Below are positions 10,469 to 19,983 of a stretch of 64,000 bases of DNA, piece by piece. The notes under the pieces are model-generated. The model was not told where the DNA came from, ran no database searches, and worked only from the letters and a program-made list of their open reading frames with translations. Both the position numbers and the translations under genes were made by a program. Source of the DNA: a bacterium (GTDB lineage: Bacteria > Patescibacteriota > Minisyncoccia > Phycocordibacterales > SBAW01). Position 1 is the first letter of the stretch; the number at the start of each line of letters is the position of its first letter. The stretch lies in NCBI GenBank assembly GCA_037139975.1, contig JBAXFJ010000001.1, positions 48,586 to 112,585 of the forward strand. Direction: 5' to 3'.

Positions 10469-10821
10469 GAGTATATTGTACTCTACTCACTACAACAACT
10501 AGCAATATACCGACTCTTATCTACCCTTGTCGCTCACATACAACTGCGAAGTCCCGAGCAGAGTTCTGTTTTGATCATACACGAAGACCGTATACTGCCC
10601 TTCGGCAACTCCTGAGAGCGCGATCGACCAGGTATTTCCGGCTGTTGATTGAGGATAGGTACTGCCAGAGCGAACGGTGAAATTAGCGTTACCCTGCAAC
10701 CCCACAATACTCAACAAATCGGTAGCCCCAGAGTATCCCTGCGCTGTGCTACTTGCCTGATTTGCTACACCAACCCCTCACACACGGCGAGGGGCTGGTG
10801 TTGACAGCAAAAAGGTAGTTT

Positions 10822-11187
10822 TTAGAGTTCAATAAACGTCAATTCTTTTATCTTTCTGAAACCGCGATCTCGAGTAACAAGCGGAGACTGTCGAGCAAGT
10901 GCGGTGGCGGCAATGGCGGCATCAGGGAGCGAGAGTTTATACGTCCTTCGCAGCGCGGCTGCAGACTCAGCAAGTTCGTTATCGAAGGGCACTGAAATAA
11001 AGTTGTCTATAAACTCCTTCATGCGCTCAAAGTCAACCTTAGACAAACCAGGGAGCGAAAAAAGTTCGGCAACAGAAATCGAAGAGACGAAAAGCGCCCG
11101 ACCCATTTCTTTTTGCTCGAGCACAAAATCGACAACTGCTTGTTCCCCGTTCAGATATGCAATGAGGATATTTGTATCAAGTGTCAT
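10822..11187 (-). CDS. vapC: PIN-domain toxin VapC
   Basis: MTLDTNILIAYLNGE... with acidic PIN residues (D4, E..., D...). 121 aa. The antitoxin gene lies immediately upstream. Confidence 0.8.
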   Translation of the reverse strand: MTLDTNILIAYLNGEQAVVDFVLEQKEMGRALFVSSISVAELFSLPGLSKVDFERMKEFIDNFISVPFDNELAESAAALRRTYKLSLPDAAIAATALARQSPLVTRDRGFRKIKELTFIEL

Positions 11188-11211
11188 ACTAAAAAGTAGT
11201 ATGTGGCTGTA

Positions 11212-11385
11212 TTACCTGCGTTTTAGTTTTGCAGAACGCTTCTCCCATTCTTTGCGCATAGCTTTTTGATATTTCACTCCTTGGGGGAGCTTACCCTTGA
11301 GCATTCCAGCCGCAACAACGAGGCTTTTCGGCAATTGATACCGAATATTCCCTATTTCCATAGATTTTACCACCATTCCTTTCAT
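11212..11385 (-). CDS. Putative antitoxin (VapB-like) of the VapBC pair
   Basis: Manually found 57-aa ORF MKGMVVKSMEIGNIRYQLPKSLVVAAGMLKGKLPQGVKYQKAMRKEWEKRSAKLKRR. It ends 24 nt upstream of vapC and is too short for the ORF track. Confidence 0.5.
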   Translation of the reverse strand: MKGMVVKSMEIGNIRYQLPKSLVVAAGMLKGKLPQGVKYQKAMRKEWEKRSAKLKRR

Positions 11386-11425
11386 GACCTACAGTATATC
11401 ACAACCAGTAAGAGAAGTATTAATT

Positions 11426-12694
11426 TTATACAAACACCTCGGGGATTGGGAATTTGGCGCACATAGTTTTTATCTCTTGGTGGATTGCTTCGAGTTTTGT
11501 TTTGTCGTCTTTATTTCTCAGCGCTTCAAGCATAAGCTCTGCCACGCGCGCACTCTCCCTTTCCATAAACCCGCGCGTGGTGATAGCCGGCGTACCAAAA
11601 CGGATACCCGAAGGGTCCATGGGACTGCGCGGGTCGTCGGCGATCATATTTTTATTGAGTGTAATGCCCACGGTGTCGAGCACTTCTTCGGCCTCTTTGC
11701 CAGAAACACCGAGCGAGCCAAACACGTCGGCCAGAATGAGATGGTTGGAGGTGCCGCCCGCGAGCATGCGCACGCCTTCTGTATGCAGCACCTCTTCCAT
11801 CGCTTTTGCATTCTTAAGTATCTGCTGTGCGTAGGTTTTAAAGCTTGGCTGGAGCGCCTCGCCAAAGGCGACCGCCTTGGCCGCGATGGTGTGCATCAAG
11901 GGGCCACCTTGGAAGCCCGGGAACACCGCTTTGTCTATTTGTTTTGCCAGACTCTCTGACTCGCGGGTGAGGATGATGCCGCCGCGCGGGCCGCGCAGCG
12001 TCTTATGCGTGGTCGAGGTCATCACATCAAAGCCGTAGTCAAAGGGGTTTTTGACCGCGCCGCCCGCGATGAGCCCTGCAATGTGCGCCGCGTCCATCAC
12101 CGCATACGCCCCCACCTCTTTTGCAATTGCCGAAATTTTTGCATAGTCGAGCTCGCGGCTGTAGGCCGAGTATCCCGCGAGTACGATCTTGGGCCGCGTC
12201 TCTTTAGCGACGCGGAGCATGTCGTCGTAGTCGATCTCGCCGGTCTCCACGTCTTTCATTTTGTAGCGCACAAAGTTAAAAAACTTGGTGATATAGGTAA
12301 CCGGGTGGCCGTGGGTCAAGTGCCCGCCATGGCTCAGATCCATTCCCAAAACGGTGTCGCCCGGCTGCAAGAGCGCAAAGTACATGCCGATGTTGGCGTT
12401 GGCGCCCGCGTGTGGCTGAACGTTGGCAAAGCCTGCGCCAAAGAGCTTTTTAACCCGCTCAATGGCAAGCTCTTCGGCTTGGTCGGTAAACTCCTGGCCG
12501 CCATAGTACCGCTTGCCGGGGTAGCCTTCAGAATACTTGTTGGTCAATATTGACCCCTGCGCCTCACGCACTGCTTTTGAAACATAGTTTTCAGACGGAA
12601 TTAACTCCAACCCCTCTCGCTCGCGTGTCTCTTCACCCTCGATGATGTCGAATACCGCCTTGTCTTGATTCTTGATGTGTTCGTAGTCGCTCAT
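11426..12694 (-). CDS. glyA: Serine hydroxymethyltransferase
   Basis: SHMT signature, including the ...TTHKTLRGPRGG... PLP-lysine motif. 422 aa. Confidence 0.95.
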   Translation of the reverse strand: MSDYEHIKNQDKAVFDIIEGEETREREGLELIPSENYVSKAVREAQGSILTNKYSEGYPGKRYYGGQEFTDQAEELAIERVKKLFGAGFANVQPHAGANANIGMYFALLQPGDTVLGMDLSHGGHLTHGHPVTYITKFFNFVRYKMKDVETGEIDYDDMLRVAKETRPKIVLAGYSAYSRELDYAKISAIAKEVGAYAVMDAAHIAGLIAGGAVKNPFDYGFDVMTSTTHKTLRGPRGGIILTRESESLAKQIDKAVFPGFQGGPLMHTIAAKAVAFGEALQPSFKTYAQQILKNAKAMEEVLHTEGVRMLAGGTSNHLILADVFGSLGVSGKEAEEVLDTVGITLNKNMIADDPRSPMDPSGIRFGTPAITTRGFMERESARVAELMLEALRNKDDKTKLEAIHQEIKTMCAKFPIPEVFV

Positions 12695-12708
12695 ATAAAC
12701 AGTATATC

Positions 12709-13371
12709 TTAACGTTTAAGTAATTTCTGCACTTCTGCATACACACGCTCACGTATCACCTCGCGCGAAAGCACCCCCTCCTTATCAGAACAGTCTATTT
12801 TCTTCCACGCATTGTTTTTCTGTATCAGCTTAAGCGCTTCTTGCCCCGCATTCAAAAGATAGCGCTCGTTTTTTTCGGCAAGATCTTTCTTTTTTGTTTT
12901 CAAAAGCTGAAGCGAAAGTGCGATAGGCAGGTTAAGACACAGAATCATATCTGGCCGAGGAAGACCAAACACCCCGTGCTCCATTTTGTCGAGCCACACC
13001 AAAAACTCTGTGCGCTTTTTGGCGTCCTTAATTTTCCCACCCTGGTGCATCTGGTTTGCGCTCACATACCTATCAAGCACCACCACCTTCCCTGCCGCAA
13101 GCCACTTTTCTATTTTTGCTTTTGATTCAAAACGATCTGCCGCATACAAGACCGAGGCGATGTGCGCATCGAGCGCTATGAAGTCACCATACTTTCCTGC
13201 CAAACACTCGCCCAGAAGCTTTCCAAAAAGATTATTTTGATATTGCGGAAAATCGAGCGTCTCAGTCGGAATCTTTTCTTTTTTTAAACGCGCAACCAAA
13301 AGCTTGGTTTGTGTCGCCTTCCCCACTCCATCGGAGCCGTCAATTACAATGAGTTTTCCTTTTTTGTCCAT
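12709..13371 (-). CDS. tmk: Thymidylate kinase
   Basis: P-loop GSDGVGKATQ and DRY motif (VVLDRYVSANQ). Start trimmed to MDKKGKLIVIDG. Confidence 0.85.
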   Translation of the reverse strand: MDKKGKLIVIDGSDGVGKATQTKLLVARLKKEKIPTETLDFPQYQNNLFGKLLGECLAGKYGDFIALDAHIASVLYAADRFESKAKIEKWLAAGKVVVLDRYVSANQMHQGGKIKDAKKRTEFLVWLDKMEHGVFGLPRPDMILCLNLPIALSLQLLKTKKKDLAEKNERYLLNAGQEALKLIQKNNAWKKIDCSDKEGVLSREVIRERVYAEVQKLLKR

Positions 13372-13419
13372 AGTGTTTGCTCGTGTGCACATATGATACA
13401 GTGTGGGTACAAAAATACC

Positions 13420-14097
13420 ATGGCGCTTTCAGACAAACGGATACTCGAAGAAAAGAAAAAAGGCGATATTGTCATCGAGCCCTTCAAACGCGAAAACTTG
13501 GCGACCTCGAGCTATGACGTCACCCTGGGCGAGTGGTTCTTCCGCGAACAGCCCACCATCTACAACCACAGCCTCTACAATATTTGGAGCCAGTCGCACA
13601 TGGAGCACGTCTGGGGCGCAAAAAACGTCCAGCGCGCCATCCCCGCAAAAGAAGCATTCAAGAAATATAACTTTCGCTGGGAGGGCATCAGCCCAAACGA
13701 CAAGGTAATCATTTTGCGCCCCGGCGAAACCATTTTAGCCCACACCCAGGAGTTTATTGGTGGCAAAGACCACATCACGACCATGATGAAGGCGCGCTCT
13801 TCGATGGGCCGCAACTTTATCGAGGTGTGCAAATGTGCCGGCTGGGGCGATGTGGGCTACATCAACCGTTGGACCATGGAGGTTACCAACAATTCGAAAA
13901 ACTACATCATCCCCCTCGTGGTTGGCCGACGCATCGCGCAAATTATCTTTTTTGAAACAGGGCCAATCCTCGAAGCGAGCTATGCAAAAAGCGGCAAGTA
14001 CCAAAGCGGCGACTCACTCGCCAAGCTCAAAAAAGAATGGAAGCCTGAAATGATGTTGCCCAAGCTCTACCTCGACAGAGACGCTAAGAAAAAGTAG
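13420..14097 (+). CDS. dcd: dCTP deaminase / dUTPase-superfamily protein
   Basis: Start trimmed to MALSDKRILEE. The ...ILAHTQEFIGG... block is typical of dCTP deaminase. Confidence 0.75.
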   Translation: MALSDKRILEEKKKGDIVIEPFKRENLATSSYDVTLGEWFFREQPTIYNHSLYNIWSQSHMEHVWGAKNVQRAIPAKEAFKKYNFRWEGISPNDKVIILRPGETILAHTQEFIGGKDHITTMMKARSSMGRNFIEVCKCAGWGDVGYINRWTMEVTNNSKNYIIPLVVGRRIAQIIFFETGPILEASYAKSGKYQSGDSLAKLKKEWKPEMMLPKLYLDRDAKKK

Positions 14098-14138
14098 AGT
14101 AACCGAGGAAGAACATACCAAAATAGGAGAAAAACATC

Positions 14139-14966
14139 ATGCTGACCTACAACAACGTACTCCGAAAGATCATGGATGAAGGCGTCGATCGAGTTGGCCG
14201 CAATGCGACAACGCGAGCGCTCTTTGCCATACAAATGCGCTTCAAGATGTCTGACGGCTTCCCCGCCGTCACCACAAAAAGGCTCGCGTTCAAAGCAGTC
14301 AAAAGCGAGCTGTTGTGGTTTCTCGAAGGGAGTAGCGACGATAACAGGCTGAAAGAGCTCAATGGGAGTGACACTACCATCTGGACTGATAATGCGCAGG
14401 CTGACTACTGGAAGCCCAAGGCTAAGTTTGAGGGCGACCTCGGACGCATCTATGGCGTGCAATGGCGGAAATGGCAAACGGTAGACGGGCGGATAGTCGA
14501 CCAAATGGCCGATGCGGTAGAGAAAATTAAAAAATCTCCGGCCGACAGGCGCATCATTGTCACCGCATGGAACCCGGGCGAAATCGACCAAATGGGCCTA
14601 CCGCCGTGCCACATGCTGTTTCAGTTTTTTGTGGCAGATGGCAAGCTTTCACTCCATATGGTACAGCGTAGCTGCGACATGTTTTTGGGTGTGCCGTTTA
14701 ACATCGCCTCATATTCATTACTTCTACACATGATGGCTCAAGTAACCGGCACCGTGGCAGACGAATGCATTTTGACACTCAATGACGCACACATCTACCA
14801 CGAACACTTCGACGCGGTCAAAGAGCAGCTATCCCGCGAACCCATGAAGCTTTGCAACCTTTGGCTCAACCCCGAGGTCAAAAGCATCGACGGCTTCACT
14901 ATGGACGATATTCGGCTTGAAAATTACGAAAGCCATCCAAGTATTAAAGCTCGGATGATCGTCTAG
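14139..14966 (+). CDS. thyA: Thymidylate synthase
   Basis: ThyA motifs: ...LPPCHMLFQFFV... (catalytic Cys) and ...DMFLGVPFNIASY... Confidence 0.95.
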   Translation: MLTYNNVLRKIMDEGVDRVGRNATTRALFAIQMRFKMSDGFPAVTTKRLAFKAVKSELLWFLEGSSDDNRLKELNGSDTTIWTDNAQADYWKPKAKFEGDLGRIYGVQWRKWQTVDGRIVDQMADAVEKIKKSPADRRIIVTAWNPGEIDQMGLPPCHMLFQFFVADGKLSLHMVQRSCDMFLGVPFNIASYSLLLHMMAQVTGTVADECILTLNDAHIYHEHFDAVKEQLSREPMKLCNLWLNPEVKSIDGFTMDDIRLENYESHPSIKARMIV

Positions 14967-14968
14967 CT

Positions 14969-15487
14969 ATGGCAGCACGTATCAGCGCTCTTGTCGCGCT
15001 TGGCAAAAACCGCGTCATTGGCAAAGGAAACGAGCTGCTTTGGCACATTCCTGACGATCTTAAGCGGTTTAAAGCGCTTACCCTTGGGCGCCCAGTCATC
15101 ATGGGGCGCAAGACGTTTGAATCAATAGTTGCGGCAATAGGCAAGCCACTTCCCGGCCGCACCAACATCGTTGTAACACGCGACCCGAGCTTTGTATCAA
15201 GGTTAAACCTTGATATGAGCGATGTGCTTGTTGTTAGTTCGCTCAAAGAAGCGCTTGAGAAAGCGAGCACCATGGACCAAGAAGAAATCTTTATCGGGGG
15301 TGGCGCACAAATCTACGAGCAAGTCTTACCCAAGGTTGATCGTCTATATCTGACTCTCATTGACGGCGAGCAAGAGGGCGATACTTTCTTTCCGCCCTAT
15401 GAACACCTATTCACCAAAAAAGTTTTTGAGGAGGAGCACGAGTGGCAAGGCTTAAAGTACACCTGGGTTGATTTAGAGAAAGAGTAG
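14969..15487 (+). CDS. folA: Dihydrofolate reductase
   Basis: MAARISALVALGKNRVIGKGNELLWHIPDDLKRFKALTLGRPVIMGRKTFESI is a typical DHFR N-terminus. It is translationally coupled to thyA. Confidence 0.9.
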   Translation: MAARISALVALGKNRVIGKGNELLWHIPDDLKRFKALTLGRPVIMGRKTFESIVAAIGKPLPGRTNIVVTRDPSFVSRLNLDMSDVLVVSSLKEALEKASTMDQEEIFIGGGAQIYEQVLPKVDRLYLTLIDGEQEGDTFFPPYEHLFTKKVFEEEHEWQGLKYTWVDLEKE

Positions 15488-15554
15488 TACTAAAGAAAAT
15501 CCCGCACCAGAAATGGCGCGGGTACTTTTTTGCCCAACAAGCAAAAGAACAGGA

Positions 15555-15881
15555 CTACTTACTTTTCATTACTTCGGGGACCAACTCGCCGAGTACCCAC
15601 GGTTCGATCTCCAGAACCTCGGCGAGCTTCAGCGTATTCACGAGCATTTTCGCTATCGCGATACGCAAAGCGCCGATATCCATGAGGTCGCCGTGGTCGG
15701 CCGCTTCGCCCTGGGCAGCAATCGCTCCAACCGACTTCATCATGTGCAGAGCGCTGTGCTTTACCGCAAAAGCCGTGCGCTGCTCACCAACGAGCTGCAC
15801 GAGTTCTGGATAGTGTTCCGGTGTGAACTGATAACGCTCCCCAATGAGCCGCATAAGAGCCACAAGATCAGTGGCAGCCAT
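15555..15881 (-). CDS. Small all-alpha protein, possibly a MazG-like nucleotide pyrophosphohydrolase
   Basis: 108 aa, helical, next to the nucleotide-metabolism genes. The family assignment is weak. Confidence 0.3.
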   Translation of the reverse strand: MAATDLVALMRLIGERYQFTPEHYPELVQLVGEQRTAFAVKHSALHMMKSVGAIAAQGEAADHGDLMDIGALRIAIAKMLVNTLKLAEVLEIEPWVLGELVPEVMKSK

Positions 15882-15936
15882 GGCTTTATCTCCTGATTAT
15901 GTTCAGATCAAAATCTATCACATTTTAGGAAAACTT

Positions 15937-16971
15937 CTACTTCTCCAACGCCTTCAAAACCTTCAGATACAGCTCCTCAACTATTTTCTTTTGCTTTGCA
16001 CCAGTGGTCACATAATGGTCGAGGCCCGGGGCCGAGTTTATCTCGAGCACACAGTAATTGCGAACGTCTTTTTTGTTTTTTGGCCCAACTTTAGGCGCCT
16101 GTGCGATATCGCCCTCTATCATCAAGTCGACCCCACAGAGGCGCAGGCCCATGTCGCGGGTGATGTTTACGGCAAGCTTTTGAAACAGTGGGTGCGCGGT
16201 ACTGGTCACATCAACCGAGTCGCCCCCGGTCGAGAGGTTGGCGTTGTCGAGTAAAAATACCCGCTCTTCCACCTTGGGCTTTGAAGCGAGCGAGAGCTTT
16301 TGTTGCCCCAGCTTGCGTGCGATGCGTGGGTCAGTCGGCTTTATTTGTGTGTCGCGCCCTGCTTTTTTAAATTCTGCTTGTTTTTGCGCAAGTAGTTGTT
16401 TGATACTCGAGCGGCCATCCCCCATCACAGAGAGCGGCACGCGCTCATAGGCCGAGATTACTTCACCGTCGAGCACCACAAGGCGGTAGTCGCGACCGGT
16501 TACTACATTTTGCACAAGCATCACTTTGTCATATGCAAAGATACTTCGTACCGCGCGATAGAAGTCTGCTTTGGTGAACACTTTTTCGACCCCCCTGCCT
16601 TGGCTGCCGCTGTTGGGCTTCACGATAACCGGTAGGCCGAGTTTTTGCGCATACACCCACGCAGTGTGTATGTTTCTTTTGGAATGTATCGTTTTTGACC
16701 ATTCGTCAGAGAAAAAAGCACGGCTACCAGGCACTACGCAGTAGCCTTGGCTTTTAAGAAAGAAGTTTGCATAGTCTTTGTCTTTTGAAATTTCAGTTGC
16801 GCCCAAGGGGTTAAGGTCGATGCTGTTGTATCTAAAATATGATTTCGCGCCACTTTTAAAAACAATCTGCCCGACCACGCCCCACTCGGGCTCTAAAAAA
16901 ACTCGCGCCCCAATACGGGGAGCGAGTTTTTTTAAAAGCGGGCTCAAAAAAGGTTTGGACGCTTTAGACAC
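15937..16971 (-). CDS. ATP-grasp family ligase (RimK / cyanophycin-synthetase-N-like)
   Basis: 344 aa with an ATP-grasp fold signature (...LPVIVKPNSGSQGRGV..., ...LEINSAPGL...). Confidence 0.6.
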   Translation of the reverse strand: MSKASKPFLSPLLKKLAPRIGARVFLEPEWGVVGQIVFKSGAKSYFRYNSIDLNPLGATEISKDKDYANFFLKSQGYCVVPGSRAFFSDEWSKTIHSKRNIHTAWVYAQKLGLPVIVKPNSGSQGRGVEKVFTKADFYRAVRSIFAYDKVMLVQNVVTGRDYRLVVLDGEVISAYERVPLSVMGDGRSSIKQLLAQKQAEFKKAGRDTQIKPTDPRIARKLGQQKLSLASKPKVEERVFLLDNANLSTGGDSVDVTSTAHPLFQKLAVNITRDMGLRLCGVDLMIEGDIAQAPKVGPKNKKDVRNYCVLEINSAPGLDHYVTTGAKQKKIVEELYLKVLKALEK

Positions 16972-16979
16972 AGAAGTGA

Positions 16980-17402
16980 TTATTTAATATCAACGCCCAT
17001 GCTTCGCGCAGTGCCGGCGATAATATTCATCGCGCCTTCGATGTTCTTTGCATTAAGGTCAACCATCTTTTGCTCAGCAATGGCACGGAGTTGGTCTTTT
17101 GAAAGCACGCCCACCTTGGCGGTGTTGGGCTTGCCTGAACCTTTGTCTTTGCCTATAGCCTTCATGATGAGGCCGGAGGCCGGAGGCGTCTTGAGCACAA
17201 AGTCGTACGAGCGGTCATCGTAAATGGTGATGATGCAAGGAATAAGATTGCCGATCATCGGCTGGGTTGCATCGTTAAAACGCTTGACGAATTCACCAAT
17301 GTTGATACCCGCGGGGCCGAGCGTGGTGCCCAAAGGAGGCGCGGGCGTAGCCTTGCCTGCTGGGGCGATTACCTTTATTTTCTTTACTATTTTCTTTGCC
17401 AT
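16980..17402 (-). CDS. rplK: 50S ribosomal protein L11
   Basis: MAKKIVKKIKVIAPAGKATPAPPLGTTLGPAGINIGEFVKRFND... is a canonical L11. Confidence 0.95.
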   Translation of the reverse strand: MAKKIVKKIKVIAPAGKATPAPPLGTTLGPAGINIGEFVKRFNDATQPMIGNLIPCIITIYDDRSYDFVLKTPPASGLIMKAIGKDKGSGKPNTAKVGVLSKDQLRAIAEQKMVDLNAKNIEGAMNIIAGTARSMGVDIK

Positions 17403-17482
17403 GGTGATTTTTTTGTGTAATGAGATACTACCTTAGACCAGCTTAATCTGCAATCTTTTTTATTTATTTTTACAAATCAAAA

Positions 17483-18034
17483 TTAGATCCTTTTGATTTG
17501 TAGAAAATCCAATTCAACTGGGGTTTCGCGACCAAACATCGAAACCAGCACTTTGATCTTGCCGCGCGCCTCGTCAACCTCACCCACCTTGCCGTCGAGG
17601 TCCTTAAACGGCCCGTCGACAATCGAAACCGCGTCGCCCACAGCCACATCGATAGCGTGCGTGACAGAACCTTCTTTCTCTTGCATGCGACCCAAGAGCA
17701 CATCGACTTCGTGCTGTTGCAGCGGCACTGGGTTGACCCCCGAGCCCACAAAGCCAGTGACGCGCGGCGTGTTGCGCACCACATACCACGACTGATCGTC
17801 AACAATCATCTCAACCAAAACGTAGCCAGGATACACTTTTTCTTCTTCCTCAACACGACGGCCACCCTTGATCTTGATGGTGCGCTCAGTTGGGACGATG
17901 ACATTGAAGATTTTGTCGCCAAGACCAAGCGACTCGATGCGCTGCTTAAGGTTGCGGGCAACCGCGTTTTCATAGCCGGCGTAGGTGTGAATAGCGTACC
18001 ACGCGCGCCCCAGATTGCTTTCTTGTTTTGCCAT
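17483..18034 (-). CDS. nusG: Transcription termination/antitermination protein NusG
   Basis: WYAIHTYAGYENAVARNLKQRIE... with a KOW motif at the C-terminus. Confidence 0.95.
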   Translation of the reverse strand: MAKQESNLGRAWYAIHTYAGYENAVARNLKQRIESLGLGDKIFNVIVPTERTIKIKGGRRVEEEEKVYPGYVLVEMIVDDQSWYVVRNTPRVTGFVGSGVNPVPLQQHEVDVLLGRMQEKEGSVTHAIDVAVGDAVSIVDGPFKDLDGKVGEVDEARGKIKVLVSMFGRETPVELDFLQIKRI

Positions 18035-18076
18035 AAAATGTATAGATGCGTTAAAAGGGTAAAAGCTACACAGAAC

Positions 18077-18253
18077 TTAGATGATTTTCTTGATGATAGC
18101 CGCAAAGAGGTAGTCAAGCAGCCCAAGGTATACGGCCACGGCGATTGAGATGCCAATAACCATAACGGTGTAGACAATGGCCTGCTGGCGCGTCGGCCAC
18201 AACACGTGTTTCATCTCGCCTTTCACCTCCTTGAAATAGTTTGTTATAGCCAT
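18077..18253 (-). CDS. secE: Preprotein translocase subunit SecE
   Basis: Manually found 58-aa ORF MAITNYFKEVKGEMKHVLWPTRQQAIVYTVMVIGISIAVAVYLGLLDYLFAAIIKKII. It sits upstream of nusG-rplK in the conserved secE-nusG-rplK order. The overlapping track ORF 17806..18177 is in another frame. Confidence 0.7.
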   Translation of the reverse strand: MAITNYFKEVKGEMKHVLWPTRQQAIVYTVMVIGISIAVAVYLGLLDYLFAAIIKKII

Positions 18254-18299
18254 GGTGTTTTTTGGTTAACTTGTTTATGCCCTGATTTTCGGCAATTTT

Positions 18300-18320
18300 A
18301 AAAGCCCCGGGGGGCTTTTT
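18300..18320. terminator. Palindromic GC hairpin flanked by A/T runs (bidirectional intrinsic terminator)
   Basis: AAAAGCCCCGGGGGGCTTTTT between the SIMPL gene stop (18380) and the secE start (18253). Confidence 0.5.
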
Positions 18321-18379
18321 ATAGCCCTATAGTACGGTTTTTGGTTGAGAAGTCAAGATACCCCAAACACTCTCCTAGA

Positions 18380-19225
18380 CTAACGGATCTCGTAGGTAAT
18401 AGACACGTCGTCGGTCACTTTGTTTTGACCCACAGAGATTTCAGGAGTGGCTGCTTTGTCTGCGGTCGCGCCCATAGCCATGCTGTACGCCATCGGCGCT
18501 GGTTGGCCGCCCGCGCCATTTTCATTGAACGAGACAACGCGTACCAAGGAGACGCCGAGCTGCTTTGCAAGCGCTTCAGCCTTCTCTTTTGCATCAGTAA
18601 TAGCTTTGTCGCGCGCGCCGGTTTGCACGGCTGTTGGATCGTCAAAGACAAATTGGAGCCCTGACACTTCGGTTGCGCCCTTACCACCAACTCCCGCAAG
18701 GGTGTCCCCCGCTTTTTTGGTATCACGCACTTTCACCGTGGTTGTTTGGCGCACTTCGTAGCCCTTGAGCACCTGGCGCCCAGATGGGCAATAGATTGCT
18801 GAACCTCCGTTTGGAGCGCCTACCGAGACTGGGGCAACTTGTGGACACGTCGCATTTTGATATTCGTACTGTGGTTGGATGGAATAGTCGGTGGTTTGAA
18901 TGTCTTTCTCGTCGATGCCTGCGCTTTTCAAATATATGGTGAGTGTGTTTGCCTTGGTGGTAGCATCTGACTGAGCGTCAGCAACACTCGCCTTGTCGGA
19001 GACAACCGAGAAACTGAACGTTGCAACGTCGGGAACCGCCAGCATCTCGCCGTGACCCGAAACAACGATGGTGTTGGTTGCAGCAATGCCCGTGCCCACA
19101 TACTTGAGGCTCATCAACCCACTCACCACCTCGACACCCAAAAACGCCGCAAGGAACACACATGTCACCAGAACCATCTTTCGTATCCACGCACCAACCT
19201 GACCTTCAAACAATGAGTTATTCAT
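18380..19225 (-). CDS. SIMPL-domain (DUF541) periplasmic protein
   Basis: N-terminal TM anchor followed by a SIMPL-like domain (VSGHGEMLAVPDVATFSFSV...). Confidence 0.7.
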   Translation of the reverse strand: MNNSLFEGQVGAWIRKMVLVTCVFLAAFLGVEVVSGLMSLKYVGTGIAATNTIVVSGHGEMLAVPDVATFSFSVVSDKASVADAQSDATTKANTLTIYLKSAGIDEKDIQTTDYSIQPQYEYQNATCPQVAPVSVGAPNGGSAIYCPSGRQVLKGYEVRQTTTVKVRDTKKAGDTLAGVGGKGATEVSGLQFVFDDPTAVQTGARDKAITDAKEKAEALAKQLGVSLVRVVSFNENGAGGQPAPMAYSMAMGATADKAATPEISVGQNKVTDDVSITYEIR

Positions 19226-19249
19226 AGCGTGTTGATTACTACTAATATT

Positions 19250-19942
19250 TTATTTGATGGAGTTAATTGCAGTCATGAATTGTGCCTCGGGCAAAGCTCC
19301 TGAGAGAGCAACCATTTTCTTTGTCTTGGTGTTTATCACAATAGTGAATGGGGTTCCGTTGCCACCATTCGCCTCTGCCTCAGTGGTATCGGCGTCTATT
19401 TTACTTTGATATTTTGCAGACGCTATGCATGCGGTATATTTTACCGAGTCGGCCCCAAACTGTTTGGCGAGCGTTGCTGAATACTCGGGCGAAAGACTTG
19501 CCTGATTGGTAAACACCGCATCAGCATATTTCCAAAAACCTGTATTCCCTAATTGTTCGGCTATGCACTCGGACGCGAGCGCCGCTGGCCCCGCGTTGGG
19601 GTGGATGCTCGTGAGTGGAAGCTGACGATAGACCCAGGCAATTTGCCCATTTGAGTTGTCAACAATCTTTTTAAGTGTTGGGTACACCATCGAGCAGTAC
19701 GGACACTGGAAGTCAGAAAACTCAACCAGCACAATCGACGCGTTCGGTGAACCGGTGATGTGGTCGCTTGCGGACACAGGGCGGATGTTGAGCGCGGTGG
19801 GTGAAGGCGCCGCGCCGCCAAGCGCCACGGCCCCTGTTGGCTGCGCTGGGTGCATGTTTGCAAAGACAATTGCACCCGCAACGATCACCCCTGCAATGAT
19901 AATAGAAACTGAAGGACTTAATTCAAGTTTTTTGACTGACAT
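19250..19942 (-). CDS. Membrane-anchored DsbA-family thiol:disulfide oxidoreductase
   Basis: CPYC active site within a thioredoxin fold. N-terminal TM helix. Confidence 0.75.
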   Translation of the reverse strand: MSVKKLELSPSVSIIIAGVIVAGAIVFANMHPAQPTGAVALGGAAPSPTALNIRPVSASDHITGSPNASIVLVEFSDFQCPYCSMVYPTLKKIVDNSNGQIAWVYRQLPLTSIHPNAGPAALASECIAEQLGNTGFWKYADAVFTNQASLSPEYSATLAKQFGADSVKYTACIASAKYQSKIDADTTEAEANGGNGTPFTIVINTKTKKMVALSGALPEAQFMTAINSIK

Positions 19943-19983
19943 GCACTCAGTATAGCATCTTTCTTTTTTCTGCTATATTGTGA

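Noticed and set aside
10517-10717. 66-aa ORF with Ig-like C-terminal sequence
   Set aside because: It looks like the 3' fragment of a larger surface-protein gene without a credible start. Reported only in the context of the VapBC locus.
17806-18177. 123-aa track ORF upstream of nusG
   Set aside because: It is in a different frame from the SecE-like 58-aa ORF (18077..18253), which has the expected secE-nusG-rplK synteny. The 123-aa ORF has no recognisable features and overlaps the nusG stop region.
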